A stretch of DNA of 64,000 nucleotides, taken from Acidimicrobiales bacterium. GTDB lineage: Bacteria; Actinomycetota; Acidimicrobiia; Acidimicrobiales; SZUA-35. The position numbers were made by a program, and so were the translations under genes. The stretch is taken from assembly GCA_020630065.1 (NCBI GenBank), contig JAHDCC010000001.1, forward strand, positions 111,566-175,565, read 5' to 3'. Every line of letters starts with the position of its first letter. Positions within the stretch are counted from its first letter, which is position 1. The notes under the pieces were generated by a model that saw only the letters and a program-made list of their open reading frames with translations, was not told the DNA's origin and did not search any database. Below, in pieces: positions 63,938 to 64,000 of this stretch.

Positions 63938-64000
63938 TTCGCCGCTTAGCAAGGATGTCCCAGTTCCTACTTGGTATTCCGGATTCGGTCGATGACTTCT

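Noticed and set aside
1-64000. Search for tRNA, rRNA, tmRNA or RNase P genes and CRISPR arrays in all intergenic regions
   Set aside because: No cloverleaf-compatible ~75-nt segments, no rRNA-like stretches and no regularly spaced direct repeats were seen. The intergenic regions are mostly under 200 nt. This was by eye only, so tRNAscan and Infernal would be decisive.

Overview
This 64 kb window looks like chromosomal DNA from a moderately GC-rich actinobacterium. That placement is an inference from the mIHF gene and from mycobacterium-like gene order; no database search was possible. About 85 percent is densely packed housekeeping DNA, mostly on the + strand. In order: aspS (5' truncated), a small overlap-coupled membrane-protein operon, alaS-ruvX-mltG-aroE, a DUF4388 protein plus a prepilin peptidase, a fused aroK-aroB, aroQ, pepQ, efp, nusB and a CAP-domain protein. 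Next comes the full pyrimidine cluster pyrR-pyrB-pyrC-carA-carB-pyrD-pyrF, followed by mihF-gmk-rpoZ-coaBC-metK-priA, two minus-strand RNA methyltransferases and def-fmt-rsmB. After the accessory block come mogA-ribD-ribE-ribBA, hisG, a cold-shock-like protein, a GGDEF/EAL sensor, a DUF1844 protein, infC-rpmI-rplT, a TrmH-family methyltransferase, pheS-pheT and an M3B oligoendopeptidase. An accessory block of about 16 kb (about 32.9-48.7 kb) interrupts the conserved rsmB-to-ribD order. It holds a ribose-type sugar locus: a binding lipoprotein, rbsK, rbsD/fucU, a LacI regulator with two identical operators, and a permease fused to a truncated ATPase fragment. It also holds an orphan protein, an ABC-2 exporter pair, a DinB-like protein, an IS110-family element with a long non-coding 5' arm, a large adenylation-carrier-AT3 acyltransferase fusion protein, and serC. 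I saw no tRNA, rRNA or CRISPR array. The most interesting items are the IS110 5' arm as a candidate bridge RNA and the A-PCP-AT3 single-polypeptide module. All functional calls rest on motif recognition by eye in the supplied translations.
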